From a virus (taxonomy: Duplodnaviria > Caudoviricetes): 42,602 nt of DNA. The stretch lies in the IMG/VR virus record IMGVR_UViG_3300011435_000024, positions 1 through 42,602 of that record; one strand, written 5' to 3'. A program made the translations under genes and the position numbers. Below, one piece after another: positions 15,613 through 24,811 of the stretch. The notes below the pieces were generated by a model. The model did not search any database, was not told the DNA's origin, and was given only the letters and a program-made list of their open reading frames with translations. Positions within the stretch are counted from its first letter, which is position 1, and each line of letters opens with the position of its first letter.

Positions 15613-17044
15613 CCCCACCGGCGAGCTGGCGGAGATGCGCCGCACGATCCTGGGCACGCCGGCCGGCTTTGCCCGCGCGGTGCTGGGCGTGCCGCTCTAC
15701 GACTGGCAGGCGGACTTTCTCAACACGACGCTGGAGAAACCGGGCGCGAGCTCGATGCGCGCGCCGAACGAGGCGGGCAAGACCCGCAACGTGATCGCGC
15801 CGATGGTGCTGTTCGTGCTCGCGGCGTGGCCGGGCGCGCAGGTCGTGATCACCTCCGGCTCGTTCCGGCAGGTGCAGTTCCAGCTGTTCCCCGCGATGCG
15901 GGCGCACAGCGGCCGCTTTCCCGGCTGGAAATTCCACGAGTTCACGATTCAGGGGCCGGGCGGATCGCAGGCGGTGGGCTTCTCCACCGACGACCCGAAC
16001 CGGTTCGAGGGTTTCCACGTGGGGCCCGGCGGGCACCGCGAGACGCCGCTCCTGCTCATCTACGACGAGGCGAAGTCGATCGATGAATCCATTTTCATGG
16101 CGGGCGACCGCTGCCGGCCGACGTGGGAGGTGATGCTCTCGAGCACCGGCCTGTGCACCGGCCGCTTCTACCGCTCGCACACCTCGCAGCGCAGCCTGTA
16201 TCGGACGTTCAAGATCACGATGCGCGACTGCCCGCACATTGCGCCCGAGACCTACGCGCGCGACGTGCAGAAGTACGGGGAAAACCACTGGTTCATCCGC
16301 AGCGCCTACTGGGGCGAGTTCTCCGAGGACGGCGCGGGCAACATGGTGATGACCCTGCGCATGGTGGAGGAATGTCTCGCGCAGCCGGTGGCGCCGCTGC
16401 ACGGCAGCACGCACGGGTTTTGCGACTTCGCCGCGGGCCGGGCCGAGAATGTCTTTTACCTGCGCCGCGGCAACGTGGCCAAGCAGGTGCAGGCGTGGAC
16501 CGACCGCAACACCATGAGCGCGACGGGCGAGTTCATCAGCCTGTTCCGCAAGGAGGGATTCACGCCCGAGACCGCGTGGCAGTTGACGGGTGACGCCGAC
16601 GGGCTGGGCGGGCCGATGCTCGACCGCATGGCGGAGCTGGGCTGGCGGCTGAACCGCTACCACGGCAACGCCAAGGCGAGCGACCCGCGGGTCTACTACA
16701 ACCGCAGCGCCGAGACCTGGGCGGGCGGCCGGCAGAAGATCGAGCGGCGCTGGCCGCACCTGCCGAAGGACGACCAGCAGTTGATCGAGCAGCTCACCGG
16801 CCGGCAGTGGAAGCGCTTCAGCGACGGCACGCTGCAGCTCGAGTCCAAGGAGGAGATGGCGGCGCGCGGGCTGGCTTCGCCCGACCGGGCGGACGCGCTG
16901 CTGGGCTGCCTCGAGGAACCGCCGATCCCGGCGCACATCATCACCGGCGCCAAGCAGGATCCGCTCGAGACGATGCGCAGCCTGGAGGAGCAGCTCGCCG
17001 GCGCGGACGGCAGCGGCCTGCGCGGGTGGAACGCGGGCGGGTAA
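15596..17044 (+). CDS. terL: Terminase large subunit
   Basis: YDWQ, Walker A APNEAGKT, Walker B LLIYDEA, nuclease motifs FCDFAAG and SPDRADAL. Confidence 0.92.
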   Translation: MEAAIDPTGELAEMRRTILGTPAGFARAVLGVPLYDWQADFLNTTLEKPGASSMRAPNEAGKTRNVIAPMVLFVLAAWPGAQVVITSGSFRQVQFQLFPAMRAHSGRFPGWKFHEFTIQGPGGSQAVGFSTDDPNRFEGFHVGPGGHRETPLLLIYDEAKSIDESIFMAGDRCRPTWEVMLSSTGLCTGRFYRSHTSQRSLYRTFKITMRDCPHIAPETYARDVQKYGENHWFIRSAYWGEFSEDGAGNMVMTLRMVEECLAQPVAPLHGSTHGFCDFAAGRAENVFYLRRGNVAKQVQAWTDRNTMSATGEFISLFRKEGFTPETAWQLTGDADGLGGPMLDRMAELGWRLNRYHGNAKASDPRVYYNRSAETWAGGRQKIERRWPHLPKDDQQLIEQLTGRQWKRFSDGTLQLESKEEMAARGLASPDRADALLGCLEEPPIPAHIITGAKQDPLETMRSLEEQLAGADGSGLRGWNAGG

Positions 17045-17083
17045 ACTTTCGGAGACGAACAACCAAACGGAGCCAAGCAAATC

Positions 17084-17710
17084 ATGTCCTTCCAAAAACT
17101 CTGCTGGTCGAAGATCAGCGGCAACACGGTCCTGACAGAGCTTACGGTGGTCGCCGGCGACCAGGTGCGCATCAAGAGCGACGGCCTGCCGGAGGCGATC
17201 AACGGCGCGCACGCGAGCGAGGGCACGCCGGTCAACGCGGCGGCCGCGGCGGTCGTGCTCGTGGTGGGCGACCAGCCGACCGCGGGGATGAACCTCGTGA
17301 TCGGCACCAAGACCTACACGTTCGTGGCCAGCGGCCAGGCGGATCTCGACGGCGAGATCAGCGTGGGGGCCGACGAGGCCGCGGCGAAGCTCAACATCGT
17401 GGCCGCGATCAACGGCACCGACGAGGTGAACGAGCCGCATCCCGACGTGAGCGCGGCCGCGTTTTCGGGTGATAACTGCACGATCACCGCGCTGGTGAAG
17501 GGCGCGGCCGGCAATGCGATCGCGAGCACGGACACGCTGACCGGCGGCAGCAACGGTTTCGCCGCGGCGACGCTGCTGCTGGGCGTCGATGGCACGCTCG
17601 CGACCGAGGGCAAGATCATGCGGGACGCCACCTACCTGTACGTGGCCGTGGCCGACAACACCACCGCCGGCCAGAACTGGCGGCGCATGGCGCTGGGCTC
17701 CGCCTACTGA
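17084..17710 (+). CDS. Putative virion structural/decoration protein
   Basis: Ala/Gly/Thr-rich beta protein ending YLYVAVA...WRRMAL; lies between terL and portal. Confidence 0.6.
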   Translation: MSFQKLCWSKISGNTVLTELTVVAGDQVRIKSDGLPEAINGAHASEGTPVNAAAAAVVLVVGDQPTAGMNLVIGTKTYTFVASGQADLDGEISVGADEAAAKLNIVAAINGTDEVNEPHPDVSAAAFSGDNCTITALVKGAAGNAIASTDTLTGGSNGFAAATLLLGVDGTLATEGKIMRDATYLYVAVADNTTAGQNWRRMALGSAY

Positions 17711-17719
17711 CGCGCCGAC

Positions 17720-19618
17720 GTGAGCCGCGCGCTGCACAGCCTCGTCTTGGCGGACCTCTCCGCCCGCAAAAGCGGGTGGGAGGACCGGCAGCGCGTGTTC
17801 TACGACATGCGGCACAACGGGCTGCCGCGGCAGAACAAGCCGCTGCCGGACTCCGCGGACCTGCACTATCCGCTGGTCGATGGGATGATCGAGAAGCTCA
17901 AGCCGTTCTACTTCGCCCAGGTGTGGGGGCAGGAGCTGCTGGCGGAGTTCACCGCGCTGAAGGCGCAACCGCCGGAGCTGACGACGCAGGCGGCGCGGGC
18001 GTTTGACTGGCACCTGAAGGAGAAGACGAATCTCTTCCGCGAGAATCTCGCGCTCGACGACCTGATGCTGATGGGCGGCACGGGCGTGATGAAGCTGTGG
18101 TGGGAAATCGACGACGGCGCGCTGGCCTTCGATGCCGTCGACCCGCTGTTCTTCATCGTGCCGCCGAACACGGTGGACCTCGAGAAGTGCGATCGCGTGA
18201 CGCAGGTGATGCCCATGTCGGTCGGCGAGTATGAGCGCAACTGGCGCTATAAGCAGGACGCGGAGCTGATCCGCCTGATCAAGGGCAAGGGCCGCGAGAG
18301 CGACGTGGACGGCGGCGGCAAGGGCCAGGCGAAGTACGATCGCGAGGGCATCACCTGCGGCGAGACGGACGAACAGATCGTGCTGTGGGAAACCTACAAG
18401 CAGGTGGCCGGCCGGCGCTGGGAGGTGCACACCTACAGCCCGACGCAGCCGGATCACCCGGTGCGCAAACCGTTCCTGCTGCCGGCGCAGTTTGCCGGGC
18501 TGCCGTTCGTCGACTTCCCGGCGGAGATCAAGGACAAGGGCTACTACGCCAGCCGCGGGATCACCGAGCGGTCGGGCCAGTTTGAGGTCTATCTCTCGCG
18601 CACGTGGAACGAGAAGGCCGACAGCATGACCTGGCTCTCGCGGCCGCTGCTCACGAGCGAGAACCCGGCGGCCGCGCTCAATAACATCCGGATCGCGCCG
18701 GGCACCGTGCTGCCGGGCGGGATCAAGCGCGTGGACATGGGCAGCGTGCCGTTTGATTTCGACGCGGAGATGCGCCAGACGCGCGAGGTCGCACAGGAGC
18801 ACGCCGGCATGCCCGACCTGGGGCTGGGCCGCTCGAGCCCGACGCCGGGCAAGAAGACGGCGCGCGAGGTGGACGTGACCGCCACGCTGATGCAGCAGAC
18901 CACCGACCTGCGGGCGTGCATCAAGCGCTGGGGCATGGCGCGGCTGTATGCGAAAGGCTGGCGCCTGCTGGCGCATTTCGGCGCGCGCGAGCTCGAGTAC
19001 GTGTTCGACGACGAGGTGGCCCAGCTCTCCGACGCGGCGCGGCAGATGGAATACATCGTGAAGCCCGCGGGCACGCCGGACAACTGGAACAAGCCGGCGC
19101 GCCAGCAGCGCGCGGCCGCGCGGGCCCAGCTTTACGGCACGAACCCGTACATCAACCAGGCCGAGCTGACCAAGCACGTGCTGGACGAGGACGATCCGCG
19201 GCTGCGCCGGCAGCTGTTTCAGGATCCGCGCACAAAGGCGGCGACGCAGGCCGAGGATCAGGCGCAGGAGCTCGTGATCCTGCGCGAGGGCTGGCCGGCC
19301 GTGGTGTCGCCGGCCGACGACGACAACGTGCATTTGCAGACCGTGCTGGGCTGGATGCAGAAGGTCCAGACCACGGGCGAGATCGTCCTCCCGATCGGGA
19401 TTCAGCGCGTGATGCAGCACGTCCTGCAGCATTTGCAGCAGCTCGCGCAGCGCGACAAGCGCGCGGCCGCCGGCTGGCAGCAGCAGTTCATGCAGGCCGC
19501 GCAGGGCATGCAGAATCCATCTCTCGCTGTTCCAGGCGGCGCATCCGCGGACGGAGCGCGAGGAACAGCTGGCGAGCCAGCCCGCGTGCACGCGGGCGCG
19601 CAGGAGGTGCTGATGTGA
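17720..19618 (+). CDS. Portal protein
   Basis: 632 aa after terL; GTGVMKLWW, VDPLFFIVPP and KKTAREV motifs resemble podoviral portals. Confidence 0.8.
   Translation: MSRALHSLVLADLSARKSGWEDRQRVFYDMRHNGLPRQNKPLPDSADLHYPLVDGMIEKLKPFYFAQVWGQELLAEFTALKAQPPELTTQAARAFDWHLKEKTNLFRENLALDDLMLMGGTGVMKLWWEIDDGALAFDAVDPLFFIVPPNTVDLEKCDRVTQVMPMSVGEYERNWRYKQDAELIRLIKGKGRESDVDGGGKGQAKYDREGITCGETDEQIVLWETYKQVAGRRWEVHTYSPTQPDHPVRKPFLLPAQFAGLPFVDFPAEIKDKGYYASRGITERSGQFEVYLSRTWNEKADSMTWLSRPLLTSENPAAALNNIRIAPGTVLPGGIKRVDMGSVPFDFDAEMRQTREVAQEHAGMPDLGLGRSSPTPGKKTAREVDVTATLMQQTTDLRACIKRWGMARLYAKGWRLLAHFGARELEYVFDDEVAQLSDAARQMEYIVKPAGTPDNWNKPARQQRAAARAQLYGTNPYINQAELTKHVLDEDDPRLRRQLFQDPRTKAATQAEDQAQELVILREGWPAVVSPADDDNVHLQTVLGWMQKVQTTGEIVLPIGIQRVMQHVLQHLQQLAQRDKRAAAGWQQQFMQAAQGMQNPSLAVPGGASADGARGTAGEPARVHAGAQEVLM
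19517..19597 (+). repeat. Two-hairpin dispersed element, copy 5 (3' end of portal)
   Basis: CCATCTCTC-GCTGTTCC-[28-nt structured loop]-GGAACAGC-TGGCGAGCCA-GCCCGCGTGCACGCGGGC. Confidence 0.8.
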
Positions 19619-20133
19619 GGGCGTGGTGGCGCAATTTCGTGGCGACGTTCCGCGCCTATCGCGCGCTCGAGGCCGAGCGCGGCGAAATGCGGATCATGCG
19701 CGAGGCCCTCGCGCGCAAGGGCGCGATGATCGATGACCAGCGCGAACTGCTCAACGACGAGCGCGAGCGCAGCGGCTTCTATCGGGCATGGTTTGGCCAG
19801 CTCGACCTGCCGCTGCCGCCGGCGCCGCTCGATGTGGAGCAGTGGACGCCGGAGGACGCCGCGGCGCTGAAGGGTTTCATCGCCGGGGGCGCGGGGCAGA
19901 AGCTCGTGCGCGAGTTTCGCCGCTATGAGGCGCAGCTGCTCGAGGCGGCCGCGATGCGCAACCTGACGGGCGAGCAGCTCACGCAGGCCTGCGGCTTTGC
20001 CGCGGGATTCCGCGGCAGCTTTGCCTACTGGATACAACTTTCGGCGACCCACCCGCCGCACCAGGTGGACCACGCGCACGCCGCGGAAATGACGGGCGAC
20101 GAGGCGAGGCGCGAGACCGACAGCCCGGAGTAA
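19615..20133 (+). CDS. Hypothetical protein between portal and scaffold
   Basis: GTGA overlap with the portal stop; common syntenic slot. Confidence 0.65.
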   Translation: MRAWWRNFVATFRAYRALEAERGEMRIMREALARKGAMIDDQRELLNDERERSGFYRAWFGQLDLPLPPAPLDVEQWTPEDAAALKGFIAGGAGQKLVREFRRYEAQLLEAAAMRNLTGEQLTQACGFAAGFRGSFAYWIQLSATHPPHQVDHAHAAEMTGDEARRETDSPE

Positions 20134-20137
20134 CCCC

Positions 20138-21232
20138 ATGACGACACAAGCACTCGACAAGACGAAGACTGCCACCAGCACCGGACCGACGGAAGCCGAC
20201 CTGAGGAATATGGCCCTCGAGGTCGATACTTCCGGCGCAGACATGACCGCGGATTCAGATGAGCAAACCGACGTCGACCGCGGCGACGCCGATCCGGAGG
20301 GGGCAGAGAAGCCAGCAGCAGACGGAGACGATCCAACCAACAAGGACGGCACCGCTTTGGCCGCGGAAGGAACCGCGGACGAGCAGGCGCTGCGTCAGCA
20401 GGCCGCGGACCTCGAGGCGGCCGCAGCAGCGAAGCAGCAGCAGCAGCAGACCGCCACCACGAAACCGGAAAGCCCGTTTCTCAAACGCCAGCGCGAGATC
20501 GCGGAGGAGCGCAAGCGCCTCGACGACTCGTGGAAGAAGCTCAACGCCGAGAAGGCGGCGCGCCGGCGCGAGGAGCTCGAGCGCACCCGGTTCGCCGAGG
20601 CACGGGAGCGCGATCGCGCGCCCGCCGTCACGGCCGAGGACCGGCCGGGCCACAACTTCCCGGTCGAACAGCTGATCGCGACGGCGCGGCGGCTCGAGAC
20701 CAGCGGCAAGGCCGACCTCGCCGAGCTGGCGTGGACGGAGGTGGAGGAGGCGCGGCGCTTTGCGCGGGCGGGCGGCAAGCCCGGCCAGGCGCCGGCGGCC
20801 GCACGCCCGGCAGCGGGCGAGAACGGCGCGATGGGCGAACACGAGTTCAAGGAACGCTGGGCGGCCACGACCGAGATCGAGGTCGAGCAGAACCCGGACC
20901 TGCAGAAAGCCGACAGCGACCTCTACAAGGGCGTGGTGGCGATCCGGCAGGCGTATCCGTTCCTGAACCGCATCCCCGACGGGATGAAGCACATCGTGGC
21001 CGTGGCGAAGCTGCAACTCGTGGCCAAGGCCGTGCCGGCATTGGAGGCCAAGATCGTCACCATGGACAAGGAACTCACCGAACTGCGCCGGGCGACGAGC
21101 CTGGGCGGCGGCGGCGGCAGCGAAACGCGCGGCGGGGCGAAGGGTTTCAGCGACCTGACCCCGCTCGAGCAGGAAAACCGGCTGCGCGCGATGAACGCGG
21201 AGGCGGATTCGCAGAGCCTGCTGGCCGGCTGA
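20138..21232 (+). CDS. Capsid scaffolding protein
   Basis: Acidic disordered N-terminus and coiled coils, immediately upstream of the capsid gene. Confidence 0.75.
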   Translation: MTTQALDKTKTATSTGPTEADLRNMALEVDTSGADMTADSDEQTDVDRGDADPEGAEKPAADGDDPTNKDGTALAAEGTADEQALRQQAADLEAAAAAKQQQQQTATTKPESPFLKRQREIAEERKRLDDSWKKLNAEKAARRREELERTRFAEARERDRAPAVTAEDRPGHNFPVEQLIATARRLETSGKADLAELAWTEVEEARRFARAGGKPGQAPAAARPAAGENGAMGEHEFKERWAATTEIEVEQNPDLQKADSDLYKGVVAIRQAYPFLNRIPDGMKHIVAVAKLQLVAKAVPALEAKIVTMDKELTELRRATSLGGGGGSETRGGAKGFSDLTPLEQENRLRAMNAEADSQSLLAG

Positions 21233-21287
21233 CCCAAGGCGCAGAACGGCGACGTAATCACAACATCACGACAGAGGCAGTAACACC

Positions 21288-22265
21288 ATGATCACAGTTG
21301 CCAGCATCACCAATACGTACAACACGTATTTCTCGAAACAGTTGCTCGAGCAAGTCGAGCAGCTCCTGGTCTTGAACCAATTCGCGCAGGAGAAATCCCT
21401 GCCGCGCAACGTCGGCTCGAAAATCATCCAGTTTTACCGCCGGGAAAAGGCGGCGAGCGGGAACGTCGTGGCCCTGACCGAGGGCACGCCGATCAGCACG
21501 TTCCGGGACTTCGTCTACACGCCCGTGAGCGGCACCCTGTTGCAGCTCGGCCAGGCGATGAAGATCACCGACGTCGTGCAGATGACGTCGCTCTTCGACA
21601 CGATGAAGGACGGCGTGGCGCTGATGGGCGAGGAGTGCGCCCTCGAGGCCGACGACCGGATGCGCAACGTCCTCGCGCACCAGACGACCGGCCTGACCAA
21701 GCGCTACGCGCAGGGCCTCGCCGACTGGGCGGCGGTGGCGGCCGCAACCGCGGCCAACGCCAAGCTGACCGGCCTGGATCTGCTCGACGGGGCGACCTCG
21801 CTCAAGTCGGCCAGCTCGCGCGCGCCGAAAATCAATGGCGGCTATGTCGCCGTGGTCCCGCCCGAGGGCACGCGCGACCTGATGAACGACGACCTGTGGC
21901 TGGACGCCGTGAAGTACAGCGACGTCAAGAAGCTGTATGCCGGCGAAGTCGGCAGCCTCTACGGCGTGCGCGTCGTGGAAGCCACGAACCCGTTCATCGA
22001 GGACAACAGCGGCGCCGAGGGCACGTATGCGGCGGCCGGCGAAATCCTGACCAGCATGGTGCTGGGCCGCGGCGCGTTCGGCGTGCCGAAGCTCGCGGGC
22101 ACCGCCAGCCCGTGGAAGCCGCAGGTGATGATGAACCTGAAGCCGGACAAGAGCGACCCGCTCAACCAGTTCGTGATCGCGGGCTGGAAGGCGTTCTGGG
22201 TGACCGTGCTGCTCAACGCCACCTTCGGCCGGGCGATCCGGCACAAGACCCAGTTCGTCGCCTGA
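21288..22265 (+). CDS. Major capsid protein (N4-gp56-like)
   Basis: LP.N.G..IIQF.R, LTEGTP, GEVGSLYGVRVVE and KSDPLNQF..AGWK motifs. Confidence 0.9.
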   Translation: MITVASITNTYNTYFSKQLLEQVEQLLVLNQFAQEKSLPRNVGSKIIQFYRREKAASGNVVALTEGTPISTFRDFVYTPVSGTLLQLGQAMKITDVVQMTSLFDTMKDGVALMGEECALEADDRMRNVLAHQTTGLTKRYAQGLADWAAVAAATAANAKLTGLDLLDGATSLKSASSRAPKINGGYVAVVPPEGTRDLMNDDLWLDAVKYSDVKKLYAGEVGSLYGVRVVEATNPFIEDNSGAEGTYAAAGEILTSMVLGRGAFGVPKLAGTASPWKPQVMMNLKPDKSDPLNQFVIAGWKAFWVTVLLNATFGRAIRHKTQFVA

Positions 22266-22299
22266 GGCGGCCGCTGCGCGTTTTTTCTTTGGCGCATAT

Positions 22300-22347
22300 A
22301 AAGGGCGGCCACGGGGCCGGGCTCCATGGCCGCCCTTTCTCACTTTT
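22300..22347 (+). terminator. Intrinsic terminator-like hairpin after the capsid gene
   Basis: AAAGGGCGGCCA...TGGCCGCCCTTT stem followed by CTCACTTTT. Confidence 0.65.
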
Positions 22348-22364
22348 CAAATCAGCGACTCGAC

Positions 22365-22643
22365 ATGATGAATACCAGCGAACTTTGCATCCCGGTGGCC
22401 GCGGTGGCCCTCGACGGCGTGGCGCCGGCGGTGGGCGATCCGGTGAATTTCCCGGTCGATGCGACCGTGGTCCGCACGGCGGGCGACAAGCTCTATGTGC
22501 GCGTGACGGCAGCCGCGGGGCAGCCGGTGGATGGCGTGGCCGGCGAACCGGCCGCGGAGCAACCCGAGATCGCTGAACCGACCGAGGACGCCGCCCGCAC
22601 GATGGGCGCGGCCTACGACGACCAGGAGGAAGCCATCCTATGA
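22365..22643 (+). CDS. Hypothetical protein
   Basis: ORF after the terminator; ATGA-coupled to the next gene. Confidence 0.65.
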   Translation: MMNTSELCIPVAAVALDGVAPAVGDPVNFPVDATVVRTAGDKLYVRVTAAAGQPVDGVAGEPAAEQPEIAEPTEDAARTMGAAYDDQEEAIL

Positions 22644-22993
22644 GGAACAGCTCAGGCGGGGGATTCCAGGTCGTCGCGACCGCGCAGCTCGCGCCCGTGC
22701 CCGACGTCGAAATGAGCGAGATCACCGTAGCCGACACCGCGCTGGCGCTGGTGGGCGAGGCCGGGATCGAGGCGCTGGACGCGAAAACGACGGTGGTCGT
22801 GGTCCAGATCGAGGCGGCGACGGTGCGCTTCACCGATGACGGCACGGATCCGGTGGCGACGACGCACGGCTTTCGCGCCTACGACGGGCAGACGCTGATC
22901 TGGAGCGTGGCCACGGCAGCGCGGGCCAGGTTCGTGCGCGAGGGCGGCACGAGCGCGAAGCTCAAGGTGGGGCAGTACAAACACTCGACCTGA
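22640..22993 (+). CDS. Putative virion protein
   Basis: VRFTDDGTDP...GF beta-sandwich-like motif common in phage structural modules. Confidence 0.6.
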   Translation: MRNSSGGGFQVVATAQLAPVPDVEMSEITVADTALALVGEAGIEALDAKTTVVVVQIEAATVRFTDDGTDPVATTHGFRAYDGQTLIWSVATAARARFVREGGTSAKLKVGQYKHST

Positions 22994-23000
22994 TCTCATC

Positions 23001-23420
23001 ATGAGCGCGAAATCTGCCTATCTGGCGGCCGAGTTGCTGAAGTTTGCGACCAACCAGGCGAACGATCTCGGGACGCCGGTCGTGCCCTGGCTCGCGCTGA
23101 TCGAGGTCTGGACACCGGGGGCGCCGCCGGGCGACGCCACCTTTGCCGAGGTGACCGGCGACGGTTACCTGCGCGTGCAGACCTCCACCAAGTGGACGGC
23201 GCCCGCCGCGGGGGAAGGCAATGCCCGCGTGGTGGTGACGAATGCCGACATCGAATTCGATGCGATGACGGCGGACAAGCAGGTGCAGGGGATCGCCCTC
23301 TTTGACGATCCGGAGGACGGCAACCTGCTCTACTCAAAAGCGCTGGGCGTGACGCTGACCGTGCTGGCCGATGCGCCGGTGCTGTTCGCCGCCGGCGATC
23401 TGTCAATCCAGGAGGACTAA
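23001..23420 (+). CDS. Putative tail/fibre-associated structural protein
   Basis: MSAKSAYLAAELL...EVTGDGYLR...N..IEF...IALFD....GNLL...FAAGDLSIQED pattern. Confidence 0.65.
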   Translation: MSAKSAYLAAELLKFATNQANDLGTPVVPWLALIEVWTPGAPPGDATFAEVTGDGYLRVQTSTKWTAPAAGEGNARVVVTNADIEFDAMTADKQVQGIALFDDPEDGNLLYSKALGVTLTVLADAPVLFAAGDLSIQED

Positions 23421-23422
23421 GC

Positions 23423-24808
23423 ATGACCTTTCCGATTTTTCGTTGGCGGGTGGCGATGGCCGGCGCGGGGGCGTTGCTCGCGCTGGCCACGGGCCTGCAG
23501 GCGCAGCCCTCGGGCCGGCCGGTGCCACCGGATGCGACGACCCAGGAAATGGAATCCGGCGCAGTCACTGAGATGCGCACCATGTCGCCGGCGCTGGTCG
23601 CGGCCGCGATCGCGGCGCAGGCCGGCGAGGGCGGCAGCGATGATCAGGACGCGACGGAGGTGCCGTTTGCGCCGACGGGCACGATCGAGGCGATCACGAC
23701 GCAGGCCGCGGTCGCCGAAGTCTCGGGCGATGTGACCGCGCTCGCCCTGGCACCGGATGACACGTGGACGGGCACGCCCACGATCGACGAGGACAGCGAC
23801 GTGAACCGCAAGCTGATCCGCGGCGCGAGCGCGACGCTCGTGCAGGTGACCCTGCCGGAAACGCTGACGACGGATACATGGTTCCAGTTCGCGAATCAGG
23901 ACGCCGGGCCGTTTCAGTTCATCAACAACGGCACGTCGGTGATCAAGGACATTGACGGGGTGACGCGGGACAACACGACGAGCCCGATCACGGTCTGGAG
24001 AGGCGAAACCGCGTTCATCCACAAGGACGACGCGACGACCTATACGATCTTTCAGCCGCGCACGGCGATCCACGCAGGCGCGAATGCGCTGGTGGATGAC
24101 GGATACCAGGCGACGACGCCGCCGATCGAGGACATGGTGGCGGCCGCCACGACCGCGCAATGGGACGCGGTGTACGCCAACACCTCGCGCAAATTTGCGC
24201 TCGCCGATGCGGACGCGTCGGCGGCGGCCGCGGATCCGATTGGCATCGCGGTCGCGGCCGCGGCGGCCGACGCCGCGGTGACGGTGATGGTTTCGGGCTA
24301 CGTGCGGAACGACGGCTGGAATTTCACCGCGGGCAACCGGCTCTATGTCAGCGCGGCGACGCCGGGCCTGATCGTCGATGCCATTCAGGCCTCGGGAGGC
24401 TTTGGCCGGGAAGCTGTCGGCGTGGCGATCTCGGATGACGAGGCGTGGGTGGACTTCAGCGGCCACCCGACGCGGCCGGGCATGGTGGCGAAAGTCACGG
24501 CGGGCTCCTACACCGTGGGCACGACGGATCCGGATGAACTGTTTGGCGGCGTGATCTACGTCACGAGCGCGGGCACGATCACAGTCCCGGCCGTGATCGC
24601 GGGCGGGAATTTCAGCGTGGTGACGATTGGCGCGATCGCCGTCTCGGTCGACCCGAACGCGGCCGACCTGATGTACCTCGACGGCGTGGCGCTGGCCGAT
24701 GGCGACAAATGCACCAACACCAGCACGGCCGGCGACACCGTCGTGTTTACCTACTACGACGCGACGGGCTGGAATGCCCTGAGCGACGGGTGGACGGACG
24801 GAAACTGA
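23423..24808 (+). CDS. Fibre/decoration-like protein with apparent signal peptide
   Basis: N-terminus ...AGAGALLALATGLQA/QP; internal cement-like segment ADADA...PIGIAV...G....WNFTAG..LYVS.TPG. Confidence 0.6.
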   Translation: MTFPIFRWRVAMAGAGALLALATGLQAQPSGRPVPPDATTQEMESGAVTEMRTMSPALVAAAIAAQAGEGGSDDQDATEVPFAPTGTIEAITTQAAVAEVSGDVTALALAPDDTWTGTPTIDEDSDVNRKLIRGASATLVQVTLPETLTTDTWFQFANQDAGPFQFINNGTSVIKDIDGVTRDNTTSPITVWRGETAFIHKDDATTYTIFQPRTAIHAGANALVDDGYQATTPPIEDMVAAATTAQWDAVYANTSRKFALADADASAAAADPIGIAVAAAAADAAVTVMVSGYVRNDGWNFTAGNRLYVSAATPGLIVDAIQASGGFGREAVGVAISDDEAWVDFSGHPTRPGMVAKVTAGSYTVGTTDPDELFGGVIYVTSAGTITVPAVIAGGNFSVVTIGAIAVSVDPNAADLMYLDGVALADGDKCTNTSTAGDTVVFTYYDATGWNALSDGWTDGN

Positions 24809-24811
24809 GCC

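Noticed and set aside
15593-19591. 1332-aa minus-strand ORF and similar long antisense ORFs (e.g. 33401..35170, 36065..37435, 41166..42554)
   Set aside because: They mirror well-supported + strand genes and are expected from GC-rich codon bias.
22266-22300. Programmed frameshift or readthrough extension of the capsid at the T-rich tract
   Set aside because: The tract lies after the stop codon and I see no convincing extended frame.
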